A program made the position numbers and the translations under genes. The notes under the pieces were generated by a model, which had not been told where the DNA came from, made no database searches, and saw only the letters and a list, made by a program, of their open reading frames with translations. Shown here piece by piece: positions 11,152 through 22,451 of a stretch of 32,000 nucleotides of DNA. Origin of the DNA: Zygophlyctis sp. KS116 (lineage: Eukaryota; Fungi; Chytridiomycota); NCBI GenBank assembly GCA_054661495.1, contig BAAFSQ010000004.1, forward strand, positions 70,200 through 102,199. The letters run 5' to 3'. Position 1 is the first letter of the stretch. Every line of letters begins with the position of its first letter.

Positions 11152-11517
11152 TTGGCTGAAGACAGTACTACAGTAAAAATGCTGTGATATACGGGAATGT
11201 GCAATCCTCAAGTGAAGATAATTAAAGAGAAGAGAAAGTTGTTCGATTGTATCCAATGAATTCCATAATTAGATGGAATTTTATTTCTTGTCGCAAAGAT
11301 GGCTGAAACGATTTATTCGATTCTGTCATGATTGCATTAAATGAAATAAATCCGAACGTTATAATCAAATTCACGATAAGGGAGAATCATGTATTGAGAA
11401 GTCAACAGTCGTTGAGAACATTTACTAGGAAATGAATCCTTTGTAATGGATCATGATGCAGGCATTGTGTTTTAGAGTTTGAGTCAATTTCCGAAACAGA
11501 GTGGCGTCACCCCAAAA

Positions 11518-12960
11518 ATGATTAGATCTCAAAATAAACTGCTTGATCTGCTATCACAAAACAAGGTTTGCTTTGACTGTACTGCTAAAAGTCCTACATG
11601 CATCAATATGACTATTGGATCTTTTGTGTGTATGCAATGCGCTGGCTATCTAAGGGAATTTGGTCATCGGATTAAATCAGTAACTGCTTCAACGTTTAGT
11701 GCGGATGAAGTTTCAGAGCTGAGAAAGAAAGGAAATGATTATGCTGCTAAAACTTGGCTTGCAGTTTGGATAGAAGCTGATGATCCAAAGCCTCTTCGAG
11801 ATAATCCAAAAAAGATAAAGGAATTTATGAAGAAGAAATATGTTTTAAAGAATTTTTATTGGGATGGATCTTATTCTAGAGCAAAAGACCCAGTTCCAGT
11901 GGATGACCCAATAATGGTTGACTGGGATGCTCTACCTTCTGGAACAGAAAGCCACTCTCATAATAGTCAAAATTCTTCTCAAATTAAAGAGGAATCCAAA
12001 ACAAAGATCCCATCAATTATGGTGGAAAATGCAAAGAAGTCAAAAGTAGATAATGCATGGGCTGATTTCTCTACAGCGTTTCCTACTTCTCATAATTCTA
12101 ATAAGAGCTCTTTGGATAAAAAGTCTGAGTCTTTGGTAAAGCTAAATCAATCCACTTTACCGATTCCTGTTAATATTAAAAAAGATTTAAGGCAAGATTT
12201 TCAGTTGGATCCTTTTGAATCAGTCAAAGGTTCTAGCTCTAGAAAATATGATGCATTTAAAGATTTGGCTGGCCTCTCTCTTTCTGAAACTGCTTATACT
12301 GCTCCATTATCATCTTTTCCAAAAAAGGCTACACCAAAAACTCTAGATTTATCAAAGTATGTGGAAGCAGGCAAAAGTAAATATTCTTGGGAAAATACTT
12401 CAGATTTACTCCCTGTAGAAGATAATAAGCCTGTTTCATCATTCTCTCAATTTGAAATGAACCCATTTGCATTTGATCATGGTCAAATAGACAAAGTTGA
12501 CCCGGTCGAAAAAGTTTTGCAAGAATCAGAAATTCCATTACAAGATGATCCTTCAAATTTAGAGCAATCTCTGGATTTGGATGCTAATGAATGGAACTCT
12601 TCCCATGTAGACACTCACTTAGCTCAAACAAAGGATGATCCTCATCACAGTTTTGAACAAAATTCACATTGGGTCGGTTTTGATTCCAATCCCGTAGAAT
12701 CTATTGTCAAGGATGATTTAAATTTAGATGATGCTTACAATGCCGAATGGGATAGTGAAATTGCTGATATAATCTCTGATAATCCGAAACATTCACAAAT
12801 TTCATCTTTTGGTAAGGAATCTTCTTTATCTACCCTTGTTGAAAGCACTGAAATCAAAATGAATGATCCAAATAATGAGTCTGGAGTTAATGAGTGGAAA
12901 GCAAATTATCAGCCTCAAAACTTTGTTCCCTACGAACTGGATTCTAATGTTTGGACTTAA
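11518..12960 (+). CDS. ArfGAP-domain protein of AGFG1/HRB (Gts1-like) type
   Basis: Zn finger CFDC-x16-CMQC-AGYLR, HRIKSV..STFS and GN..A..TWL. Disordered tail with NPF, DPF and WADF/WVGF adaptor-binding motifs. First ATG is at 11518 (the track starts at a TTG). Confidence 0.9.
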   Translation: MIRSQNKLLDLLSQNKVCFDCTAKSPTCINMTIGSFVCMQCAGYLREFGHRIKSVTASTFSADEVSELRKKGNDYAAKTWLAVWIEADDPKPLRDNPKKIKEFMKKKYVLKNFYWDGSYSRAKDPVPVDDPIMVDWDALPSGTESHSHNSQNSSQIKEESKTKIPSIMVENAKKSKVDNAWADFSTAFPTSHNSNKSSLDKKSESLVKLNQSTLPIPVNIKKDLRQDFQLDPFESVKGSSSRKYDAFKDLAGLSLSETAYTAPLSSFPKKATPKTLDLSKYVEAGKSKYSWENTSDLLPVEDNKPVSSFSQFEMNPFAFDHGQIDKVDPVEKVLQESEIPLQDDPSNLEQSLDLDANEWNSSHVDTHLAQTKDDPHHSFEQNSHWVGFDSNPVESIVKDDLNLDDAYNAEWDSEIADIISDNPKHSQISSFGKESSLSTLVESTEIKMNDPNNESGVNEWKANYQPQNFVPYELDSNVWT

Positions 12961-12990
12961 TGATTGGATTTTATTATACATGTATTAAAT

Positions 12991-14553
12991 TTAGCTCCAA
13001 AATACAACATTTTTCTCCTTGTCGGCAGAATATACTACCCCTCCACCAATAGGAGACCAAACTGCCCCGCAAATCGGTACTCTGTCGTTATTAGACGATT
13101 TAACTTACACATGTCCTTTTAACATTTTTTCCAAGGTACCAGTCGTACTATTCCATACAAAAAGACTTCCATCTTGTGAACCTGATGAAATAAACTTTCC
13201 ATCCGGACTGACAGCCGACTTTGACCAGTTTAATCCAACCTTGAATTGCTCATGACTAAACTAAGAAATGAATAATCTTACCTCACGGTTAGTGATGGTT
13301 CATAAGTCCTCATATCAATAATTTTCAAAGTATTGTCTCTAGAAGTAGTCAAGAATTTAGTCAAATCAGGAAACATATGCACTCCAGTTATTTGAGCTGC
13401 ATGAACTCCAATAATTTCACGTATTTGATTTCCAGACCTTGAATCCCATAGTCTAATATTATTATCCAGATGACCACTTATAATAACAGATCCATCCAAA
13501 TTAGCAGCCGTTAAATCATTGCAACTTGATAGAGAAAAAATCGTTTTTACACAATAACCTCTATTCAAATCCCAAATCTTTATCGTCCTATCATGAGAAC
13601 CACTAATGATTGTAGAATCTTGTATAAATCTTGCTGAATAAACTTTTCCAACATGCCCTGTTAGAGAAGCTTTTAACCTTTGACTTGATATATTCCAAAT
13701 CCTTATAGACTGATCATTTGAAGCTCCTAGCACCAACTCTGAAGTTGAATTAAAGTCGGTAAACATTATTCCTTGTAAAGCACCTGTTAATACAGCTTCT
13801 TTTGACCCAGTATTTGAATTTAAAATTAAAACATTCTTATCATTCGCACCTGTAGCTATTAAATCTCCATTTTTCGAGACAGAAATACAATTTATATCAC
13901 TTTCATGCCATGAAACTTTTTTAAATACTTGAGTTGGAGGATAACAAGGAGGAAATTTCACTGATACATCTTGAACTGTAGCTTGACTCTGCTTCCGTTC
14001 CACCCTTTTTAAAAATCCCAATTTACTTAATGCACAAGTCATTACATCATTAGCTTCATTTACAGTTGACGCTTGTTTTTCCTTGATTTCAATAAGTCTA
14101 TTAACCAAATCCTGATTTTCCTTTTCTAAATTCTTAATTTTTTCCAACAACTTGTTAGCATTTGCATCTTTATGAACCAATTCCAACTGATGTGCCGAGA
14201 GTTCATCTTGTAAAATCTAGATTTTAAGAGTAATAAAATACTTGAATCACACCTTCCTTTTCCTTTATATTTTCACTAAAATCCTCCAATTTACAATTTA
14301 AACTCTTAATCTGCGACATACTAGATTCAGCCTGAATTTTATACGTTGATAGTGACAAATCCTTTTCTTTTATCGAGTCCAGCAATTCCAATAGCCGAGT
14401 TGAAGTTTGAGCCTGAGATTTATATAAATTACTTAATTCCACTTGATCTATTCCTTGAGAATTTAAATAAATATTTTGATATTCTAAAACTAAATTTCTA
14501 AATCCCTCGAGACATGCATCTCTTTCTATTACTTTTAATTGAAATTCTTGCAT
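12991..14553 (-). CDS. ATG16: ATG16L-type autophagy protein (coiled coil plus C-terminal WD40 propeller)
   Basis: N-terminal IERD...FRNLVLEY, coiled coil ILQDELSAHQLEL...ENQDLVNR, then WD40 repeats (LTGHVGKVYSARF, SGSHDRTIKIWD, SGHLDNNIRLWD, SRDNTLKIID, NWSKSAVSPDG). Introns 14217-14241 (25), 13256-13281 (26), 13082-13108 (27). Confidence 0.9.
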
Positions 14554-14622
14554 TCGATGGATTCATTAATAGGCCAAGTCTGCAGTTTAGTTTGAGTCCC
14601 AGGCCCGGGTTTAGTGTCTTTA

Positions 14623-15912
14623 ATGTGGAAATTAGCAAAGAGAAATCTCTCTTCTTCTCTTTATTTCTGGTCAAAGAAAATAGTCAAAACTCCTTCAATG
14701 GGAGAGTCTATTACTGAAGGGACTCTAACTCAATGGCATAAGAAAATTGGAGATTTTGTTAAAAGAGACGAACAAGTTGCTACAATTGAGACTGACAAGG
14801 TTCTTTTTATTACAATTTAATAAATAGATTGATGTTCAAGTCAATTCACCTGAGCCAGGAAAAATTATTAGTCTTTATGTAAAGGAAGGAGATACGGTGT
14901 CTGTTGGTGGGAATTTGTTGGAAGTTGAAGTTGGGGAATTTGCAGTAGTTGAATCTAACTCTAAACCTGTAGAGTCTGTGTCTGAATCTGCTCCTAAAGA
15001 AGCTGTAGTCTCTACTCTGCCAGTAGAAAAGACTGTACAAGTTTCCCCAGTAAGTCCTATAGTAAGCTCAGTGACTGATACACCAAATTCAAAATCAGTT
15101 TCTACAACTTCACAAAAGATCTCAGATCTAAAAGAAGAGTACAAGACTGTAGGAGGAAGAGGAGAAACTAGAGTAAGACTATAAATTAAAAAAAATTAGG
15201 TTAAAATGACTAGAATGAGATCTAGAATTGCTGAAAGACTAAAGGAATCACAAAATTCTGCTGCTTCTTTAACTACATTTAATGAAGTGGATATGTCTGC
15301 TCTACTCTCTTTAAGAAGTAAATACAAGGAAGAAATTTTGGAAAAACATGGAATTAAATTTGGATTTATGTCTCCTTTTATTAAGGCTGTCACTGTTGCA
15401 TTAGCTGAAATTCCTGCTGTTAATGCTCGTATTGAAGGAGATAGTATAGTTTATCAAGATTATAAAGATATTTCTGTGGCTGTTGCAACTCCAAAAGGAT
15501 TAGTAACTCCTGTTTTAAGAAATACTGAAACCATGACAATGATTGGTATAGAAAAAGAATTGGCTAGAATGAGTAAAAAGGTTGGATTTAAGAGAATTTT
15601 AAATGATAGGCACGAGATGGACAATTGGCAATAGAAGATATGGCAGGAGGAACTTTTACAATTTCTAATGGTGGAGTTTTTGGATCCTTGTATGGAACTC
15701 CAATAATTAATCAACCCCAGTCTGCTATATTGGGAATGCATGCTACTAAAGACCGTCCAGTCGTTGTTAATGGTAAAATTGAAATACGTCCAATGATGTA
15801 TTTGGCACTTACCTATGATCACAGAATAGTTGATGGACGTGAAGCTGTAACCTTTTTAGTAAAAGTAAAGGAAATCATTGAAGATCCCTCTAGATTATTG
15901 TTGGACATTTAA
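14623..15912 (+). CDS. KGD2: Dihydrolipoamide succinyltransferase (2-oxoglutarate dehydrogenase E2), mitochondrial
   Basis: Lipoyl domain MGESITEG...IETDK|IDV, catalytic [14 protein letters not shown], short basic presequence. Introns 14800-14827 (28), 15173-15199 (27), 15581-15609 (29). Confidence 0.97.
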
Positions 15913-16019
15913 GTATTACTAATACAATTCCTCTTAACTTGACAATGAATTAAGAAAAGAAAAATAGAAAATAACAAAACAAATAATTGTATTGAAGAAT
16001 ACATGCTATCTACACCAAT

Positions 16020-16426
<407 letters not shown>

Positions 16427-16609
16427 TTTTTCTTAATTTCCACTTAAAACAGCCGTGCTTTTATACTTTTTCGGAGATTAAAATTTTGTGCATTTTTTTG
16501 AAACTGTCGGAAGATTTTTTTGAAATCCGACGTTTCCTTGTGGCGCGAGTCAAAATATAAAAGCGCGAGGGTTTTACATTTAAATTTAAAAAAAACCTAA
16601 ATTTACTAA
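16427..16609. promoter_or_regulatory. Bidirectional H2A/H2B promoter with mirror-image TATA boxes
   Basis: TATAAAAGCGCG at 16556 (+) and TATAAAAGCACG at 16465 (-); central GTCGGA...TCCGAC dyad at 16506-16531. Confidence 0.7.
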
Positions 16610-17052
16610 ATGGCAGGAGGAAAAGGAAAAGCCGGAGGAAAAGCTACAACTAAAGCCGCTACAAAGTCTCGATCATCTCGTGCAGGACTTCAATTCCCAG
16701 TTGGTCGTGTGCATCGTTTATTAAGAAAAGGAAACTATGCTCAACGTGTTGGTGCTGGTAAGGAATTTACAGTTTATCTATAGGAGCCCCAGTCTATTTG
16801 GCTGCTGTCTTGGAATACTTGGCTGCTGAAATCTTGGAATTGGCTGGAAATGCTGCCCGTGACAATAAAAAGACTCGTATTGTACCACGTCACTTGCAAT
16901 TGGCAATCAGAAATGATGAAGAATTGAACAAACTCTTGGGACATGTTACCATTGCTCAAGGTGGTGTCTTGCCAAATATTCACTCTGTTCTTTTGCCAAA
17001 GAAGACTGATGTTATCCCAGGAAAGAAGGGATCTCAATCTCAAGAATACTAA
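16610..17052 (+). CDS. HTA1: Histone H2A with H2A.X-type SQEY tail
   Basis: [30 protein letters not shown]|[13 protein letters not shown]...SQSQEY*. Intron 16758-16783 (26). Confidence 0.98.
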
Positions 17053-17115
17053 TTATGTAAATAAATGTGTTTTTGAACACGTCATGATAGTAATAATTTT
17101 TCATTTTTTGAGGTG

Positions 17116-18733
17116 ATGTTTGTTAAAGGATACCGGAGGAATTATCTAAACTATCTATTTCTAGTAGTTTGTACTCTTTTACTGTTGGCATGGACTAGTC
17201 TAAAGTTTTCTCTTAAACATACCAGACCTGTCAAGAAAAATGTTATTTTAATGATTTCAGATGGTTTTGGTCCGGCCTCTGAAGTGTTTGCTAGGAATTT
17301 TGCTCAATTTGCAATGAATAAATCAGACTTGATACTGCCATTGGATACGATTTTGGTTGGATCTTCACGGACTAAAAGTTCTTCTTCTTTTATTACTGAT
17401 TCAGCTGCAGGAGCCACGGCTTTTTCTTGTGGATTAAAAGTATTTTTATCAGACTTAATTATAGACTTATAATGGTGCAATTGGTGTTAATCCTCAAAAG
17501 AAACCATGTGGCACGATTTTAGAAGCAGCAAAGGAAATTGGTTATTTAACTGGGCTTGTAGTGACTTCTAGAATAACTCATGCAACTCCAGCGTCATTTT
17601 CTGCTCATGCTTTAGATAGGAATATGGAATCATTAATTGCTACACAACAAGTAGGGAATTACAGTCTTGGAAGAATGGTGGATTTAATGTTTGGTGGTAA
17701 TAATTTATAGATTTAAAGTAGGTGGTCTTTGTTTTTTTAGAGCGAAATCAGATCCCAAAAGTTGTAGAGGAGATGATTTAGATGTGATTTCTTGGGCTAA
17801 AAGTCACGGTTGGTCTTTTGGAACTTCTAAAGAGTCTTTTGATGATTTAGATATAGATTCTAGGTATATTAGAAAGTTTAATTATAGGCTTCCGTTGATT
17901 AATCTCTTTTCAGAGGATCATATGTCTTATGAGATTGATAGGGATTCAAAATCTGAACCTTCATTAAAAGAAATGGTTTCCAAGGCTTTAAAAATGCTCT
18001 TGCATGCTACTAAAGACTCGCAAAAAGGATTTCTTCTGGTAATTGAAGGTTCAAGAATTGATATGGCGGCTCATGGAAATGATCCTGTCGCTCATGTTCA
18101 TGATATTTTAGCGTATCAAGATGCTATCTTAGAGGTCAAGAATTTTGTTGATAGTCAACCTGCAACTGTGATGATTTCTGTCTCGGATCATGAGACAGGC
18201 GGAATTTCAGTAGGTCATCAGTTGGGTTCTACTTATCCAAAATACGAATGGTAAATTTAAATTATTCTGACTAAAGGAAGCCAGAGGCGTTACTAAACGT
18301 TAAATACTCTGGTGAGTATATATTCCGTGAATTGCAAAAGTTTGGCTCTTATGATTTGAAGAAATCATTTTTAATCGATACAGTTTTTCCTAAATGGTTA
18401 AATCTAAAGAATTTTACAATGGAGAATGTGGAATATCTGGCAAATGAAGTTAATATGGCATCTGCAGAATCTTTTATCGGTCATATTATTTCTGATCTGG
18501 CTGGAATAGGTTGGGCTACGCATGGTCATTCAGCTGTTGATGTCAACTTATACTCTTACGGCCACTCTTCTGATGATCTAAGAGGAAACCATGAAAATAC
18601 TGATATTGGACAATTTATTATTAGACAATTAGGATTGCAATTAGATCCAATCACTGCCAGACTGCAAGACTGTGTCGTGTCTGAAAGCATCGCAGATCGT
18701 CCTGAATCGAAGCTTCGACATTTCCACAGCTGA
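17116..18733 (+). CDS. PHO8: Alkaline phosphatase (Pho8-like, N-terminal membrane anchor)
   Basis: NVILMISDGFG, ITDSAAGATA, SRITHATPASF, IEGSRIDMAAHGND, SDHETGG, HGHSAVDV. Introns 17440-17464 (25), 17697-17721 (25), 17864-17887 (24, in-frame, probable), 18251-18276 (26). Confidence 0.96.
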
Positions 18734-18734
18734 A

Positions 18735-19637
18735 TCAAGTCTTTGTAATTGTTAAATACGCAGAGGCATAAGAAACAGAACTTTGATTAAGTGTTTTTAC
18801 TCTTTCAGACTGAGCGTAATGGTTAAACTTTAACTGAATTTTCCTCTTTGTTTCCAAATTCTTGATACAGCTTAGTAAAACCTGTATTGGATATCTGCCA
18901 CAAATTGTATTCTGAGTTTCTTTTAAATATCTCTCAAAACCATCCAAGTCCAACTTTTCTATAATGTCCATTCCTCTATGATCTAATCTTTCTATAGACT
19001 CATAAATCGGACCATCATCTTCTCTTAAAGTGTATGAGAATCTCTGTCCCCAATGACAAAAATCTGATGAAATTATAAACAAATTTGAAGAATCTTCAAG
19101 ATATGGACCTAGAATTTGTCCATATAGATTTAATTTATGCATTGAGACGCATCCAACCATCATCGGTACAATCTTAACCGGTTTATCTTTAAAAACTGCC
19201 TTGATAAAAGGTAAATGTAATTCAATTGAATGTTCATTCTCATCAACATTTTTATCCATAAATGAGAATTGATGTGTTTTAGACAATTCATTAATAGTCT
19301 CTAGATCTAATTCTAATGATCCTAAAGGAGTATCATAAGTATGACAACCTGAAAGAGCAATAGAATCAAGAAATATTTTATGACTTGGGCCAAGTATAAA
19401 AACTCTAGAAATACTAGAAACATCAATCATTTTGTAAGCGTATGCCGCACAAGATCCACTATAAGCATATCCAGCATGCGGTCCAATGATTGCTCTTACA
19501 CTATCCAATGGTTCATAATCAACAGCGTTTAACCAATTATTTAATTCCAGAGATAGTTCCTGTGCTTTGATTAATTCAGTTAAATTACAAGAATCCGAAT
19601 ACCACGATCCTGAATGAGTTGCTGCTCTCAATATCAT
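18735..19637 (-). CDS. MEMO1: MEMO1 / Mho1 family protein
   Basis: RAATHSGSWY, PHAGYAYSG, LGPSH, EHSIELHLP, ISSDFCHWGQRF, NTICGRYPI, SSVSYASA. Probable in-frame intron 19565-19588 (24). Confidence 0.96.
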   Translation of the reverse strand: MILRAATHSGSWYSDSCNLTELIKAQELSLELNNWLNAVDYEPLDSVRAIIGPHAGYAYSGSCAAYAYKMIDVSSISRVFILGPSHKIFLDSIALSGCHTYDTPLGSLELDLETINELSKTHQFSFMDKNVDENEHSIELHLPFIKAVFKDKPVKIVPMMVGCVSMHKLNLYGQILGPYLEDSSNLFIISSDFCHWGQRFSYTLREDDGPIYESIERLDHRGMDIIEKLDLDGFERYLKETQNTICGRYPIQVLLSCIKNLETKRKIQLKFNHYAQSERVKTLNQSSVSYASAYLTITKT

Positions 19638-19933
19638 CAATCGCAAACAAAACTTTTGACAGATTCAAACATAAACATACACCGACACAGGAGTTTCGTA
19701 AATTTATATTTCAAACAATGTCGTAGACTCATGAGTATAAACCGCAAGATTCATAAAGCAAACGCAATTTATGGACGCTAATCACTACTCAAAGCTAAAA
19801 CGCATCAGTCGTCTGAAAGCAAAGCATAAATCTTTCTAGCGATTCTTCGACCAATCTATTATAAGCCTAATTATTAATTGCAGAAAGTCGTCATCAATTG
19901 GGAAATGACGTCTATCCCATTGTAAAATTGTAA

Positions 19934-20445
19934 ATGGAAAGAAAATTAACTAGAAAAGCATCAGCCCATATTAATCATTCACATCTTATTAAAAAAGTAT
20001 TATTTCTTTATTAATGATAGATGGAACTTTTTAGAAATTTAGATGATTCTTCAATCAAGGAATTAGCAGAAGAAATGGTCGTAAATTCTTATAAAACTGG
20101 AGATATTATTATTGAATTTGGAAAGATTGATGATTCGTAATATCAACTTTATATAACTCTATTAGAATTCATTTCTTGATTGAAGGAACAGTCGATGTTA
20201 TCTCTGAATTTGGAGAGTTGGTAGATAAAATGAAGGGGCCACAAGAATGGTTTGGAGAAGTTTCATTTTTTGAAAAAGTACCAAGAACAGCTACTATAAA
20301 GGCTTCTACTGATTGCATTTCATTTACTCTAAAGCAACCAGACTTGCAGGCATTTATGGTTAAACATCCTGAATGTCAGATTAAAATTGAAAAGTCTTCT
20401 CATCAGAGAATGCAGAATTACTTGGAACGAAATGTCCTTGCATGA
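19934..20445 (+). CDS. Small stand-alone cyclic-nucleotide-binding domain protein (152 aa)
   Basis: Exons 19934-19996, 20021-20136 and 20166-20445 (introns 24 and 29 nt): MERKLTRKASAH...LFRNLDDSSIKELAEEM...YKTGDIIIEFG...HFLIEGTVDV...WFGEVSFFEKVPRTATIKA. Confidence 0.88.
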
Positions 20446-20531
20446 AATTTATAGTAAATATACTCATTTTTCTACTAATGTCATGGACTTGGTGGCGTTG
20501 TGGCATGATTTCCACCTCAACTCCCAAGGTC

Positions 20532-22048
20532 ATGTTTCAATTGCATTTGAGATTATTGCATTCAGGACCAAAACATTCATATTTAAAATTATTACAAAAA
20601 GGCCTTCTAAAGAATGATGTCTATCAGGAGAAAACAGTACAATTACTGCAAGATCTGCATCAAAAACTAATAATGCATCCTGAGCCTCCATTAACTATTA
20701 TTAAAAATCAGATGGAAGAAATGAGAATGAAGAATCAAGGAGCTCAGATGGAATCGCCTGATTTTGCATGGATTCAAGACTCTGAAAAGACTTTTTTGAG
20801 GTTAATGGGAGAATGGTTTTCAAGGCGGAAAACAGTGCATGCATCATTCAATGTAAAAGGTTTGAAAGGATTATATATGTATGGATCTGTTGGTACTGGA
20901 AAGACAATGTTGAGTAAGACTTGATAAATAATTTAAAGTGGATCTTTTCTACAATTCTATACCTATAAAACGCAAAAAAAGAATTCACTTTCATGCATTT
21001 ATGCAGCATATCCATAAAACTGTGCATAATCTTAGAGTTAAGAATAGCATCACATCAGACCCAATACCATTAATTGCTAGTGAACTTGCAAATGATTGTA
21101 ATTATTAAATATTTTAATGTTTAGCTTGGTTACTTTGTTTTGATGAATTTCAAGTCACTGATATTGCAGATGCAATGATTCTTAGAAGGCTTTTTACTGA
21201 ATTATTTCAAAAAGGTGTGATTATGGTGACAACTTCAAATCGATCTCCTGATGAACTATATTCAAATGGGATTCAAAGAGCCAGTTTTTTACCTACAATT
21301 GAATTATTTAAACAAAATTGTCTATTACATTCATTGGATGGTGGAATAGACTATAGACAAATTGGTAATCTTGAAAAATTAACCTTAGAAAAAGACAATT
21401 TACAAGTCTACTTTGATACTAGTCAAGAATCCAATCAAATTATTTCTGAAATACTATTACAATTGTCTTTTGGAAAACCTGGTAATTTTAAGACTTCTAA
21501 ATTTCAAGTTACTGAAAAAAGAATCCCAATTTGGGGTCGTCAACTCCTAATTAAAGAGTATGTTGAGAATGTCGCTAAAATATCTTTTCAAGATTTATGT
21601 GTATCTTGTCATTCTGCAGCAGACTATTTAGAACTTGCATCAAATATCAAAATTCTGATTGTGACTAATGTTCCAAGAATGAAATTGGAAAATAGAAATG
21701 AAGCCAGAAGATTTATAACCTTGATTGATACTCTATATGAAAACAGAGTTAAATTATTATTATCTTGCTCTGCTCCAATTACTGAATTATTATCTGGAGA
21801 AATCCAAAATCAACCTCAACTTGATGATTCTCAAAGACTACTCATGGATGATCTTAAATTAACTGCTAAACATGTAAGAATTTGATTTTTAAGAATTTTA
21901 GATGAAGAGTTCAATCTTTACTGGAGCAGAAGAAATATTTGCATTTCAAAGAGCCATTTCACGACTAATTGAAATGCAATCAGTAGAATGGATAGGACAA
22001 GATCTATCAGAAATAATTACAAAATCCAATTCTCAAATTAAAAGATGA
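20532..22048 (+). CDS. AFG1: AFG1/LACE1 (ZapE family) mitochondrial ATPase
   Basis: Walker [17 protein letters not shown]|[12 protein letters not shown], Walker [47 protein letters not shown]. Introns 20914-20938 (25), 21098-21124 (27), 21365-21388 (24, in-frame), 21482-21508 (27, in-frame), 21874-21901 (28). The start is uncertain: in-frame ATGs at 20442, 20478, 20505 and 20532. Confidence 0.93.
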
Positions 22049-22073
22049 AATTCGTCAAATCCATTAATTCTAT

Positions 22074-22451
22074 TTAAGCATTTTGAATTGTAACTTCCAC
22101 TTCTACACCAGGTTCAATAGAGATTGAAGTGATTTGCTTGACAATTTCCGATGGAGAATGTAAATCAATTAAACGTTTGTGAATTCTCATTTCATAAGAG
22201 TCCCAAGTTTTAGAACCTTCACCACAAGGAGTTTTTCTAGTAGTAATTCTCAAGATTTTAGTAGGTAATCTGACTGGACCTTTAACTTTGAGTTGCTTAT
22301 CCTTTGCTCTAGTGATCAAATCAGCACAAACCTTTTCCAAATTCTTGACATTTTTAGAAGTTAGAGTAATTCTAATACGATGAATTTTGGGTTCAACAAA
22401 TTCTTCTTTTTTTCCAGGAGCGACATAAGCAGAGGCGGCAGTAGTAGACAT
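22074..22451 (-). CDS. RPS20: 40S ribosomal protein S20 (uS10)
   Basis: [44 protein letters not shown]; no intron in the CDS. Confidence 0.98.
   Translation of the reverse strand: MSTTAASAYVAPGKKEEFVEPKIHRIRITLTSKNVKNLEKVCADLITRAKDKQLKVKGPVRLPTKILRITTRKTPCGEGSKTWDSYEMRIHKRLIDLHSPSEIVKQITSISIEPGVEVEVTIQNA

Noticed and set aside
13019-13255. 78-aa plus-strand ORF
   Set aside because: Antisense to the last two ATG16 WD40 exons.
14005-14026. Possible 22-nt GT..AG intron in ATG16
   Set aside because: Removing it shifts the frame into a stop; the unspliced frame is open, so I treated it as coding.
17053-17115. Histone 3' stem-loop
   Set aside because: No canonical stem-loop is present; the intron-containing histone gene has an AATAAA-type signal instead.
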